Below are positions 1-8,102 of a DNA stretch of 32,000 nt, in pieces. The DNA comes from Chlamydiales bacterium (lineage in GTDB: Bacteria; Chlamydiota; Chlamydiia; Chlamydiales; SM23-39): positions 1 to 32,000 of the forward strand of contig OZ253438.1 in NCBI GenBank assembly GCA_965261025.1, read 5' to 3'. The first letter of the stretch is position 1; each line of letters opens with the position of its first letter. Below the pieces are notes generated by a model. The model searched no databases and had not been told where the DNA came from. It worked only from the letters and a program-made list of their open reading frames with translations. The position numbers and the translations under genes were made by a program.

Positions 1-376
1 TTTAGCTCTTTTATGTGATGCTTATGAGGAGGAGCTTTTGGAAGGAGGAGAAACTCGGGTAGTGCTCCACTTTTCTCCCAAAGTAGCCCCTATCAAGGTG
101 GCTATTTTCCCCTTAATGAAAAAAGAACTTCTTGTAGAAAAAGCTCTTTCGGTAAAAAACCTTCTTCAAAAAAGATGGCAAATAGAGTATGACGATTCAA
201 AAGCCATTGGGAAAAGATATCGAAGACAGGATGAGCTAGGAACTCCTTATTGTGTTACTATAGACTATGATACCTTGGAAGAGGGTACAGTAACTCTTCG
301 TGAAAGGGATTCGATGCAACAAGAAAGGGTTGCTATAAAGGATCTTGTTTCCCTTTTGGAAAAGAAGCTGGTTTAA
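1..376 (+). CDS. glyQS: Glycyl-tRNA synthetase, dimeric (alpha2/GlyQS) type, C-terminal anticodon-binding domain; 5' end outside window
   Basis: The reading frame is open from the window edge ([24 protein letters not shown]...) to TAA at 374-376. The motif [10 protein letters not shown]...[23 protein letters not shown]...[14 protein letters not shown] matches the class II HGTP anticodon-binding domain of alpha2-type GlyRS, e.g. the Thermus enzyme as I recall it. Confidence 0.8.
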   Translation, partial: LALLCDAYEEELLEGGETRVVLHFSPKVAPIKVAIFPLMKKELLVEKALSVKNLLQKRWQIEYDDSKAIGKRYRRQDELGTPYCVTIDYDTLEEGTVTLRERDSMQQERVAIKDLVSLLEKKLV

Positions 377-379
377 GCT

Positions 380-2158
380 TTAGGGATTTTTTAAGATCTG
401 GGGTCGTTCCTTCTTTAAAAGATCAAACTTCTTGGCAAGTTGCATAATCTCTTCCTCACTGCATTTTCCTTCGAAGATTTTGATTTTGATCTTTTCTCTC
501 TCTTCCATCCAAGAGCGATCTAACATTTTTTGTATTGTTTGCAAAAAGGTTTCTTCTACTCGGGAAGGATTGACTTTTTTTTCCAAAAGTTTAGCTAAGC
601 AGTCCTGTAAGCTCTTTTCTTCTAAAGCAGCGCGCAAAGAAAGGATATCCAAAGGTTTTTTTTGCTCATACAGATCGAGGTAGGTTTTATAAAGTTGTAA
701 ACATTCGGTGTTTTTGAAATGGCTTTCTTGCAAATTCTTCTTGGCTATTTCAATTAAGTAAGGTTTTTCCTCTCCTAAAAGGAAAAGCCATCTTATAAAA
801 TCGCTTTCTAAAATGAGATCAGGATCAATTTTTGAAGCGCTTTCTTTAGCTATTTCCGCCGCTTTAGGGAAAAATATTTTTTCTCCTGGTGTTTCTAAAT
901 GTAATAGAGCTTCTGGAGTTTGTGTTAGTTTTGCCAGCTTTCGAAGGCTTTCATGAACCATCAAGGGATGGTCCCAAGACCGGATTTTTTTGGCGATAAT
1001 TTGCACAAGCTCTGTTTTTTGTGCAGGGGAATTTAGATTGTAGCGTTTTTTTTCTTGTTCTACTAAAAAGGTTAAAAAGTCGCTGCTTTGTTGTAGGAAA
1101 TGTTTCATCTCTTCAGGTCCTTTTTCTCTTAAAATAAAATCGGGGTCATATCCCTTAGGGAATAATACTACCTGTACTTCCACTCCTTCTTTTTGAAAAA
1201 AATTTCCTGTCTTATCTGTTGCGTGAAGCCCTGCTTCATCTGGATCAAAAGCGATATAAACCTTATCCACTCCTAGTCCCAAAAGCTCTTTCCCTTGCTC
1301 TTCAGTAAAAGCGGTTCCTTGCGAGGATATAGTGAAATCAAACCCTTCTTGGATTAAACGAAAAGCATCTATTTGCCCTTCGACGATAAGAGCCTTTCGT
1401 TCCTTGGCTATTCTTTTTCTACTGTAAAACAGGGCAAATAAGACTTTCGATTTTTTAAAAAGGGGTGTTTCTGGAGAGTTAACATATTTGGCGCCAAAGG
1501 TCCCCTCTTTTACTTTCCTTGCTGAAAATCCTATTGGATTGCCCAGTCCATCTAAGATAGGAATCATCATCCTTTCTGTGAAAAAGTCTGCTATTTTTCC
1601 TGAGTGAAGTCGTTTAATTAGACCCACTTTTTCCAAAATTTCTTTAGAAAACCGATCTTTTAGATATTGTTGTAAAAGATTGCCTGGAGGGGCGTATCCC
1701 AGATGGAACTTTTGGATAAATTCTAGATCTATCCCTCTTTCATAGAGATATCTTAAGCAGGCTTCTCCTTCTTTAGTATGCAAAAGGGTAAAATGATAAA
1801 AACCCATAGCTTCTTCCATGGGCTCTTTTAAAAACTGTTTGCTAAATCCTGCCTCTCCTTTTTCCTGTTCTAAAGTTACCCCAAATTTTTCTGCTAATAC
1901 TTTCACAGACTCTGTAAAGCCCATTCCCAAGTAGTTCATCAAAAATTGGATAGCATCTCCATGAGCTCCACAGCCGTAGCAGTGATAATGATTAGAGCCT
2001 AAAGCAACTACAAAGGAAGGACTTTTTTCTTCATGAAAAGGGCAAAGACCCTTGTAATAGGCCCCCGCTTTTTGCATTTTGATATGAGAGGAGAGAACCT
2101 CTACAAGATCGATTTTTTCTCGTAAGACTTCTAGACTCTCTTTAGAAAATCCTTGCAT
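380..2158 (-). CDS. dnaG: DNA primase DnaG
   Basis: CHC2 zinc finger (CPFHEEKSPSF...YHCYGCGAHGD) and TOPRIM signature (LIVEGQIDA ... AFDPDEAG). The ORF is open to 2182 (TTG/ATG). ATG at 2156-2158 (MQGFSKESLEVL...) is preceded by a GGAGGA Shine-Dalgarno at good spacing, so it is the preferred start. Confidence 0.93.
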   Translation of the reverse strand: MQGFSKESLEVLREKIDLVEVLSSHIKMQKAGAYYKGLCPFHEEKSPSFVVALGSNHYHCYGCGAHGDAIQFLMNYLGMGFTESVKVLAEKFGVTLEQEKGEAGFSKQFLKEPMEEAMGFYHFTLLHTKEGEACLRYLYERGIDLEFIQKFHLGYAPPGNLLQQYLKDRFSKEILEKVGLIKRLHSGKIADFFTERMMIPILDGLGNPIGFSARKVKEGTFGAKYVNSPETPLFKKSKVLFALFYSRKRIAKERKALIVEGQIDAFRLIQEGFDFTISSQGTAFTEEQGKELLGLGVDKVYIAFDPDEAGLHATDKTGNFFQKEGVEVQVVLFPKGYDPDFILREKGPEEMKHFLQQSSDFLTFLVEQEKKRYNLNSPAQKTELVQIIAKKIRSWDHPLMVHESLRKLAKLTQTPEALLHLETPGEKIFFPKAAEIAKESASKIDPDLILESDFIRWLFLLGEEKPYLIEIAKKNLQESHFKNTECLQLYKTYLDLYEQKKPLDILSLRAALEEKSLQDCLAKLLEKKVNPSRVEETFLQTIQKMLDRSWMEEREKIKIKIFEGKCSEEEIMQLAKKFDLLKKERPQILKNP

Positions 2159-2220
2159 TTTCTTCCTCCACCCATCCATCAAAGCCGAGAGAGTTTGTTT
2201 CGGTCAACTTCTTTTCTTTG

Positions 2221-2335
2221 GTAGCCAAGGCTCTATTTTCAGCATCTTACCTATTGACATAAGGTCCGTGAGGGAACGCAGCTTTGACAAGGGTGGTTTT
2301 CCGAGATTAGTGGGAGCCTAATAAGGTTACGGATA
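2221..2335 (+). ncRNA. ffs: Candidate signal recognition particle RNA (4.5S, small bacterial SRP RNA)
   Basis: Helix-8-like core AAGGUCC-GUGA-GGGAACGCAGC has a GNRA tetraloop and resembles E. coli CAGGUCC-GGAA-GGAAGCAGC. The 5' GGCUCUAUU and UUACC resemble E. coli GGCUCUGUU and UUUACC. The ends pair (GGCUCU/GGGAGCC, plus outer GUAGCC/GGUUAC). A U-run (2335-2341) follows the long hairpin. The total is about 115 nt in a 348-nt non-coding gap. One or two extra nucleotides in the normally invariant GGAAGCA stretch lower confidence. Confidence 0.55.
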
Positions 2336-2492
2336 TTTTTTAGCAAGTTCTTGTATATAAGTCTTTAACAGACTTTTGAACAGTTAGCTATCTTAGATAA
2401 TCTAAAGTGTAACTTTAGATTGTCCTAAATTCAAGAGGGAAATTTGGAATCTCCCTTATAGGAGGTAAAAGGTGTTTTTTCCATTGAAGTGC

Positions 2493-2513
2493 TGGCTAGG
2501 ATAGCCGTTTTTT
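2493..2513 (+). terminator. Rho-independent-terminator-like hairpin (GGCTA-GGA-TAGCC followed by T6)
   Basis: A 5-6 bp GC-containing stem at 2494-2506 is followed immediately by G TTTTTT (2508-2513) on the + strand. The loop is only 3 nt, so stability is modest. The reverse strand has no U-run, so it is not the DoxX terminator. Confidence 0.4.
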
Positions 2514-2530
2514 CTGTGTTTGGAGGATTG

Positions 2531-3028
2531 TTAGCCGTATCGCTCTTTTTGTCTTACCCATCGTTTTATCCACCCATCCAGGGAGATTTTTCCGGGTCCA
2601 AAGGCGAGAGTGATAAGAGAGGTTAGAAGGAAAGGAAAAGGAGCCTCTTTTACCAAGAGGGAAGGGTCAAAAACAAAATGGAAATCTTTAAAAACATGTG
2701 CATGAGCTGTTCCATAAGCTACGAACATAGCAAGGGATAAAAGGAGAGCAAAGAAACGAGAGCCCAGCCCCACTAGCAGACAAAACCCTCCTATGATTTC
2801 TAGAAAGGCAAGAAAAAAGGCAGAAAAAGGAGGGAAGGGTATATATAGGGAATCTAAAAATTGCATCGTTCTTTCTATTTTATGAAGTTTAGAAAGACCT
2901 ACTAGGAAAAACTGATGTCCCCAGGTGATTCGTAAAAGAAGCAAGAGGGCGCTTTGCAAATGGGAAAAAAAAGAGATAAACCAAAGATAAAACTTTTGAA
3001 ATCCTTGTACAATAGGATGAAAAAGCAT
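2531..3028 (-). CDS. DoxX-family integral membrane protein
   Basis: 165 aa with about 4 TM segments. DoxX-like pattern: LLLLRITWGHQFFLVGLSKL ... FLEIIGGFCLLVGLGSRFFALLLSLAMFVAYGTAH. Confidence 0.65.
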   Translation of the reverse strand: MLFHPIVQGFQKFYLWFISFFSHLQSALLLLLRITWGHQFFLVGLSKLHKIERTMQFLDSLYIPFPPFSAFFLAFLEIIGGFCLLVGLGSRFFALLLSLAMFVAYGTAHAHVFKDFHFVFDPSLLVKEAPFPFLLTSLITLAFGPGKISLDGWIKRWVRQKERYG

Positions 3029-3146
3029 AAGACCTCTCTTTTGACTTACAATGAAAGATTTCTTTTTTTTTCACAAGAGAGGGACGCTTTTTGCCTCTTG
3101 CAGTTTTTCTTAAGCTGCGGTAACCTCCTTAAGGGACGGACTTGTT

Positions 3147-3740
3147 ATGGTGAGTACAGCTCTTTATTTTACCTTCTTTCGGATTATTGCTAGTCCTTTA
3201 TTTCCCTTTTTCTATTTTTATTCTCCTTCTTTAGGGATTTCGGAAAAGGTGATGCCCTTTTTCCTTCTTATTCTTGTTACTCTCCTAGAATTTACGGATC
3301 TTTTTGATGGGTTTATTGCCCGGAAAAAGGGAGAGGTTACAGATCTTGGTAAAATTTTGGATCCCATCTCTGATAGTATTACCCACATTACGATCTTTTT
3401 TACCTTTACCAAGGGGGTTGTAGGTATTCCTATGCTGTGGGTTCTCATTTTTTTATATCGGGACTTTTTAGTAAGTGCCCTAAGAACGGTGTGTGCTTTG
3501 AAAGGATATGCCCTTTCAGCAAGAAAAAGCGGGAAATTAAAAGCGATTTTGCAAGGAGGCGCTTGTTATGGGATTATCCTTAGCATGATTTTCTTCTTTT
3601 GGGGAGGGCTTTCTCAGAAGATGCTTCATACGATTAGTTCCACATTGGTAGCTGTAGTAGCTATCTACACGGCTTTTTCTACGATAGACTACTTTTTTGC
3701 CAATCGGAAATACCTCAAGAAGATGCTGCAGGCAGACTAG
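3147..3740 (+). CDS. pgsA: CDP-alcohol phosphatidyltransferase family protein (phosphatidylglycerophosphate synthase-like)
   Basis: Complete family motif D-x2-DG-x2-AR-x8-G-x3-D-x3-D in EFTDLFDGFIARKKGEVTDLGKILDPISDSI. Polytopic membrane protein of 197 aa. Confidence 0.8.
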   Translation: MVSTALYFTFFRIIASPLFPFFYFYSPSLGISEKVMPFFLLILVTLLEFTDLFDGFIARKKGEVTDLGKILDPISDSITHITIFFTFTKGVVGIPMLWVLIFLYRDFLVSALRTVCALKGYALSARKSGKLKAILQGGACYGIILSMIFFFWGGLSQKMLHTISSTLVAVVAIYTAFSTIDYFFANRKYLKKMLQAD

Positions 3741-5197
3741 TTAAGTAATCTCTGGTAGAGTTTTTGGTACTGCCCTGCCGCTTTTTCCCAGCTAGAGTCA
3801 AAGGATAAGGCCTGTTTTATCAAAAGCCTTCTCTTTTTAGGGTTTTCATACCACAGGCAAAGGGCTCTTTCTAACGTCTTATCTAAAGAGGTTTCTTCAT
3901 ATTCTTCAAAGAGATAACCATTCTTTTTTTTCTCCGGAATATTAGGGTCATCTGCATCAAAAATCGTATCAGCAAGTCCTCCTGTTTTTCTAGCTATAGG
4001 AAGAGTAGCGTAGCGCATAGCAATGAATTGTGTAAGACCGCAGGGTTCAAATCGAGAAGGGATTAAGAGAAAATCCGCAGCAGCAAAGGAGAGCCTGGCT
4101 AAAGCATCGTCATAGAAAAAATGGAAGTGAAAACTTCCCTTTTCTAGATTTTTTTGCAAAGTTTTAAAGAGGGTCAGTTCTGATTTTCCTGGATGGGAAC
4201 CTAAAAGCAGGGCTGTTGCCCCGCTTTCTACACTTTTACGTATTCCATAGGCAAGAAGCTCCGGCCCTTTTTGCTCTACGAGTCTACACACGGCAATCAC
4301 CAAGGGGCCTTTTTTTCTGTTGAGTTTTAGTTTTTTTTCCAGAAAATCTCTGTTTTTTCTTTTTTTTTTTAAAAGATTTTCGAGAGGTTCTTTAGAAGAG
4401 AAAGGAAAAGCTAAAGCAGCATCTTTTTCAGGATTCCAAGCAGTTTCATCTAGGCCATTTAAAATACCAGAGAGGCTCTGTTTTTTTTGCGTTAAAAGAG
4501 GATGTAAGCCGCAGCCTTTTTCTGCCGTTAAAATTTCTTGTGCATAGTTAGGTGAGACTGTTGTAACCCAATCGGCATGGATTATTCCCATTTTTAAAAG
4601 ATTTACTTGGGAAGATCTCGAGGAAGAAGGAGAAGGAAAAAGCGCTTTTTCCTGCTTTGGTAAAACCCCTATTTTTTGTACAAAACGGAAAGGAGTTACT
4701 CCTTGGTAAAGAAGGTTGTGAATTGTTAAAATAGTTTTTTTAATGGAAAAGGAAGCTGTAAGAAAAAGAGTTTTTACTAAGAAGCTACAAAAAGCTGTAT
4801 GCCAGTCATGAAGGTGTAAGATGTCAAAAGAGGCTTTTTTTTGTGCTAAGTAATCTAAACAGGCTCTACAAAAGTAGAGAAATTTCACTAAATCTTCTTG
4901 GGTATATAGGCTTTTTTCAGAAAAAAAAGAGACCTCCAAGGGCTCTATTAAAAGAATAGGAACGGATTCAAAGGAAAAAGAAAGGGCTCTATTTTTCACC
5001 CATTTGTTTTCAAAAAAAGAGGAAAAGATTTCTTCTTTCGTATTTTTAAAAGCAGGAATAAAAGAATATTTGGGGAGAATAACTAAGTTATTTTCTCCTT
5101 TCTCCTGGAGTTTTTTGCTTAGCCCATGGGTTACATCGGCCAGCCCTCCCACTTTAGCAAAAGGAGCCATTTCTGAGGCAATGTGTAGTATACGCAA
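3737..5197 (-). CDS. glgA: Glycogen synthase (ADP-glucose type, GT5)
   Basis: N-terminal MRILHIASEMAPFAKVGGLADV signature, C-terminal SRFEPCGLTQFIAMRYATLPIARKTGGLADT motif, 486 aa. Confidence 0.93.
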   Translation of the reverse strand: MRILHIASEMAPFAKVGGLADVTHGLSKKLQEKGENNLVILPKYSFIPAFKNTKEEIFSSFFENKWVKNRALSFSFESVPILLIEPLEVSFFSEKSLYTQEDLVKFLYFCRACLDYLAQKKASFDILHLHDWHTAFCSFLVKTLFLTASFSIKKTILTIHNLLYQGVTPFRFVQKIGVLPKQEKALFPSPSSSRSSQVNLLKMGIIHADWVTTVSPNYAQEILTAEKGCGLHPLLTQKKQSLSGILNGLDETAWNPEKDAALAFPFSSKEPLENLLKKKRKNRDFLEKKLKLNRKKGPLVIAVCRLVEQKGPELLAYGIRKSVESGATALLLGSHPGKSELTLFKTLQKNLEKGSFHFHFFYDDALARLSFAAADFLLIPSRFEPCGLTQFIAMRYATLPIARKTGGLADTIFDADDPNIPEKKKNGYLFEEYEETSLDKTLERALCLWYENPKKRRLLIKQALSFDSSWEKAAGQYQKLYQRLLN

Positions 5198-5373
5198 AAC
5201 GTAAAGAACCCTTTTTTCAGACCATGCCCGATTTTTTTTTTTCTATCTAGAGAAGTTAAGATTTTTTTCTAGAGAAATTTTTAGTTCTTTTGGAGTCAAG
5301 AGCTTGCCTTGCAAATAATTCTAATACTCGGCTAACATCTCTTTTGTCTCCTTAGTATGAAGGGGGAATTTAT

Positions 5374-5445
<72 letters not shown>

Positions 5446-5464
5446 GATTGTGTGGATATGCGCT

Positions 5465-6358
5465 ATGAAGCAGCCTGGAGAGGGAAGGTGCCTGTTATTT
5501 ACAGGATCAAAATCGAAGGCTTTGGCAGAGAAAGTTGCTTTAGACCCTCAAATTTCTCTAGGAAAAGGAGTGGTTAAAAGTTTTGTTGATCAAGAAATCC
5601 GGGTCCAGATACAGGAGGAGGTGTTTGATCAAAAAGTTTTTGTTATCCAAACGGTTTCGGTCGATCCAAATCGGAGTTTGCTTGAGTTTTTGTTTCTAGT
5701 AGAAGCGTTAAAACAAGAAAAAGTGAAAGAGATAGTTGGGATAATTCCTTATCTAGCTTATACTAGGCAGGACAAAAAAAAAGAGGGAGAGCTGCTTGCT
5801 ATAAAGTATATAGCAAAACTTTTGAAGCAGTCGGGAATATCCTCTTTGATTACGATAGAGATGCACTCAAGAAGGGGTGAGGAATTTTTTGAAGTTCCTT
5901 TATTTACCCTGGAGGCATCGGAGCTTTTTTTGGAAAAGCTAAAAAAGAGGCGCTGGCAAAATCCTGTTTTGTGTTCTCCTGACGAGGGGGGAAGAGAGAG
6001 AGGGGAGTGTCTAGCAAAGCAGTTGGGCTGGAGGTTTTTTTGTTTGCAAAAGCAAAGGAACTCAGAGCAGGGAGTAAAAATTCTTTCTTTTGAAGAAGAG
6101 GTAAAAGACAAGGAGCTGGTCATAGTAGATGATATAGCTTCGACGGGGGCTACTTTAGAAGAAGTAGCCAAAGAGGGGAAAAAAAGAGGTGCTAGTAAGG
6201 TGGTAGCCTTGGTAACTCACCTCTTGCCTTCTGCGAAATTTCCTTCTGTGGACTTAGTCTTTTCCACAGATACAGTGGAAGAAGAAGGCCTTGTAAAAAG
6301 GGAGCTAATTTCGGTAGCGCCTTTATTACAAAAACGGATGAAAAACTGTATAACTTAA
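5465..6358 (+). CDS. prs: Ribose-phosphate pyrophosphokinase (PRPP synthetase)
   Basis: VFVIQTVSVDPNRSLLEFLFLVEALK...IIPYLAYTRQDKK and PRPP-binding loop ELVIVDDIASTGATL. The ORF track opens at GTG 5450, but ATG 5465 (MKQPGEGRCLLFTGS...) gives the usual N-terminal spacing. The gene begins only about 20 nt after the tRNA. Confidence 0.88.
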   Translation: MKQPGEGRCLLFTGSKSKALAEKVALDPQISLGKGVVKSFVDQEIRVQIQEEVFDQKVFVIQTVSVDPNRSLLEFLFLVEALKQEKVKEIVGIIPYLAYTRQDKKKEGELLAIKYIAKLLKQSGISSLITIEMHSRRGEEFFEVPLFTLEASELFLEKLKKRRWQNPVLCSPDEGGRERGECLAKQLGWRFFCLQKQRNSEQGVKILSFEEEVKDKELVIVDDIASTGATLEEVAKEGKKRGASKVVALVTHLLPSAKFPSVDLVFSTDTVEEEGLVKRELISVAPLLQKRMKNCIT

Positions 6359-6369
6359 AAAGAGAACAT

Positions 6370-6927
6370 ATGAAGCTAGCGGTTTATAAAAGAACAAAAG
6401 AGAAGAAAAGCGAACTGGCCAAAATTCGACAGGGGGGGGATATCCCTGCTGTCTTGTGCACAGCAAAGGGAGAATCCCAAACCGTTTTTGTGAAAGGGAG
6501 GGAATTCGAGGCGTTTTTGCGCAGCATTAGGCCAGGGCATTTGTCCACACAAATAATAGAGATCTCTTTAGAAGGAAAGAAATTCCAAGGCCTTATAAAA
6601 GAGGTTCAATATCATAGGACTAGCTATAAAGTAGAGCATATCGATTTTTATCTTCTTCAAGAAGAAAGACCTGTGGTTTTAAATGTACCTATAGAACTGG
6701 AGGGAGCGGCAGACTGTTTGGGAGTAAAAAAAGGGGGAATGGTTCGTCAAATTGTTCGTAGAATGAAAGTAAGGTGTCTACCTAAAGATATTCCTTTTAA
6801 CTTTAAACTAGATGTTTCTGGTTTGGATATGGGGGAATCTAAAAGGCTTTTAGATATTACTCTACCTTCTTCTATAAAGCCCCTGGCAAAGTTAAAAGAG
6901 GTGTTAGTTACAGTAGTCAAGCGTTAA
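6370..6927 (+). CDS. rplY: 50S ribosomal protein L25 / general stress protein Ctc
   Basis: 185 aa with an L25/Ctc-like N-terminus (KRTKEKKSELAKIRQGGDIPAVL) and a position in the conserved prs-ctc-pth arrangement. Confidence 0.88.
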   Translation: MKLAVYKRTKEKKSELAKIRQGGDIPAVLCTAKGESQTVFVKGREFEAFLRSIRPGHLSTQIIEISLEGKKFQGLIKEVQYHRTSYKVEHIDFYLLQEERPVVLNVPIELEGAADCLGVKKGGMVRQIVRRMKVRCLPKDIPFNFKLDVSGLDMGESKRLLDITLPSSIKPLAKLKEVLVTVVKR

Positions 6928-6930
6928 CAG

Positions 6931-7467
6931 ATGAACTCTTTTCTGATTGTAGGTTTAGGAAATCCCGGGAAGGAGTATGGGCATACAAGGCATAATATTG
7001 GGTTTCGGGTTTTAGACGAGCTAGCGCAGAAGTATAGAGTTTCGGAGGTAAAGAAAAAAAAGAAGGCTCTCTATTCTTTTTTTGAAAAAGAAGGGAAAAC
7101 TATTTTCTTACTCTGGCCTCAAACCTATATGAATTTAAGTGGGGATGCGGTAAAAAAGTGGGTTCGCTTTTTAAAGGTACCCAAGGACCATATTTTGGTA
7201 GTAGTAGATGATGCGGATCTACCTTTTGGGACCCTTCGTTTGAGGCAAAAGGGTTCCAGTGCAGGACATAACGGACTGGAAGATATAGAAAGAGCTTTAG
7301 GATCTAAGGATTATGCTAGGCTAAAGTGGGGAATAGGAAGGCCTAAGCAGAGGGCCTTAGCGGACTTTGTTTTGGAAAATTTTACGGAAGAGGAAGAAGG
7401 GCAGATCCCCAACCTTGCCGAAAAAGCTATACGAGAGATGGAAAAGTGGCTAGAGATTTACTCTTAG
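6931..7467 (+). CDS. pth: Peptidyl-tRNA hydrolase
   Basis: LIVGLGNPGKEYGHTRHNIGF...YMNLSGDAV...VVVDDADLPFGTLRLRQKGSSAGHNGL are canonical Pth motifs. Confidence 0.95.
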   Translation: MNSFLIVGLGNPGKEYGHTRHNIGFRVLDELAQKYRVSEVKKKKKALYSFFEKEGKTIFLLWPQTYMNLSGDAVKKWVRFLKVPKDHILVVVDDADLPFGTLRLRQKGSSAGHNGLEDIERALGSKDYARLKWGIGRPKQRALADFVLENFTEEEEGQIPNLAEKAIREMEKWLEIYS

Positions 7468-7487
7468 CGACTAAATAGGAGAGATAA

Positions 7488-7832
7488 ATGAAGAAGATGG
7501 AAACAAAACTTTACGAGGGAATGTATGTGTTTACCCCTACTCTCAGTGAAGAATCTCGGAATAAGGCCTTGGAGAAGGTCTTAAATGGGATTACAGAAAA
7601 AGGGGGATCCATAGAAAAAATCCATGATATGGGAAGAAGAAAACTAGCCTACTCTATCCGGGGAAAAAAAGAGGGGTATTATTATTTACTGTATTTCTCT
7701 GTTTCCCCTGCTGCTATAGAGGAGCTTTGGAAGGAATATAACCTACATGAGGATATGCTTCGTTTTATGACCCTTCAAACAGAGAAAGTAAGAGAGACAT
7801 TAGAGTTTAAGTCGTTAAAAGCGGCAATGTAA
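7488..7832 (+). CDS. rpsF: 30S ribosomal protein S6
   Basis: YEGMYVFTPTLSEE...GGSIEKIHDMGRRKLAYSI...GYYYLLYF, and position in the rpsF-rpsR-rplI operon. Confidence 0.93.
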   Translation: MKKMETKLYEGMYVFTPTLSEESRNKALEKVLNGITEKGGSIEKIHDMGRRKLAYSIRGKKEGYYYLLYFSVSPAAIEELWKEYNLHEDMLRFMTLQTEKVRETLEFKSLKAAM

Positions 7833-7841
7833 GGAGAATCC

Positions 7842-8084
7842 ATGAATAGAAAATCATCTGGCTTAGCTTTTTCCAAAAAGAAAAAATCGTGTCCCTTCAA
7901 AGAATCGGGCATGAAGGAGATCGATTATAAAGATCTAGAAACGCTAAGACAATTTGTTACTGAAAGGGGGAAAATTCTTCCCAGAAGAATTACGGGAGTA
8001 TCTCAATACTTCCAGCGGCGTCTTAAGGTGGCTTTGAAAAGGGCTCGGCATGTGGCTCTTTTACCTTTTGTTGCGGAACAGTAG
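7842..8084 (+). CDS. rpsR: 30S ribosomal protein S18
   Basis: CPF...[50 protein letters not shown]. Confidence 0.94.
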   Translation: MNRKSSGLAFSKKKKSCPFKESGMKEIDYKDLETLRQFVTERGKILPRRITGVSQYFQRRLKVALKRARHVALLPFVAEQ

Positions 8085-8102
8085 AGATAAGAGAGGGATA
8101 TC

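Noticed and set aside
432-683. 83-aa + strand ORF inside dnaG. The same applies to the other antisense ORFs in the track: 2889-3074, 2954-3193, 3218-3448, 4320-4547, 5004-5204, 5758-6171, 8420-8695, 9030-9221, 10292-10486, 11413-11628, 12722-12949, 14730-14924, 14930-15136, 14961-15149, 16056-16265, 16472-16672, 16755-17072, 18623-18826, 19633-19938, 21287-21469, 23352-23537, 24079-24261, 24133-24348, 24611-24793, 25371-25568, 27268-27507, 27943-28179, 29141-29383, 29329-29514, 29585-29791, 30950-31219.
   Set aside because: Each lies within, and mostly antisense to, a longer ORF with clear family motifs. Their translations are low-complexity (F/S/K/L-rich), as expected from the reverse strand of AT-rich coding DNA. 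None has an SD or a recognisable motif.
5240-5280. Direct repeat TCTAGAGAA (x2) in the glgA/tRNA divergent region, as a regulator binding site.
   Set aside because: It is only 9 bp in two copies within AT-rich DNA, and nothing ties it to a known regulator. It is noted but not supportable as a feature.
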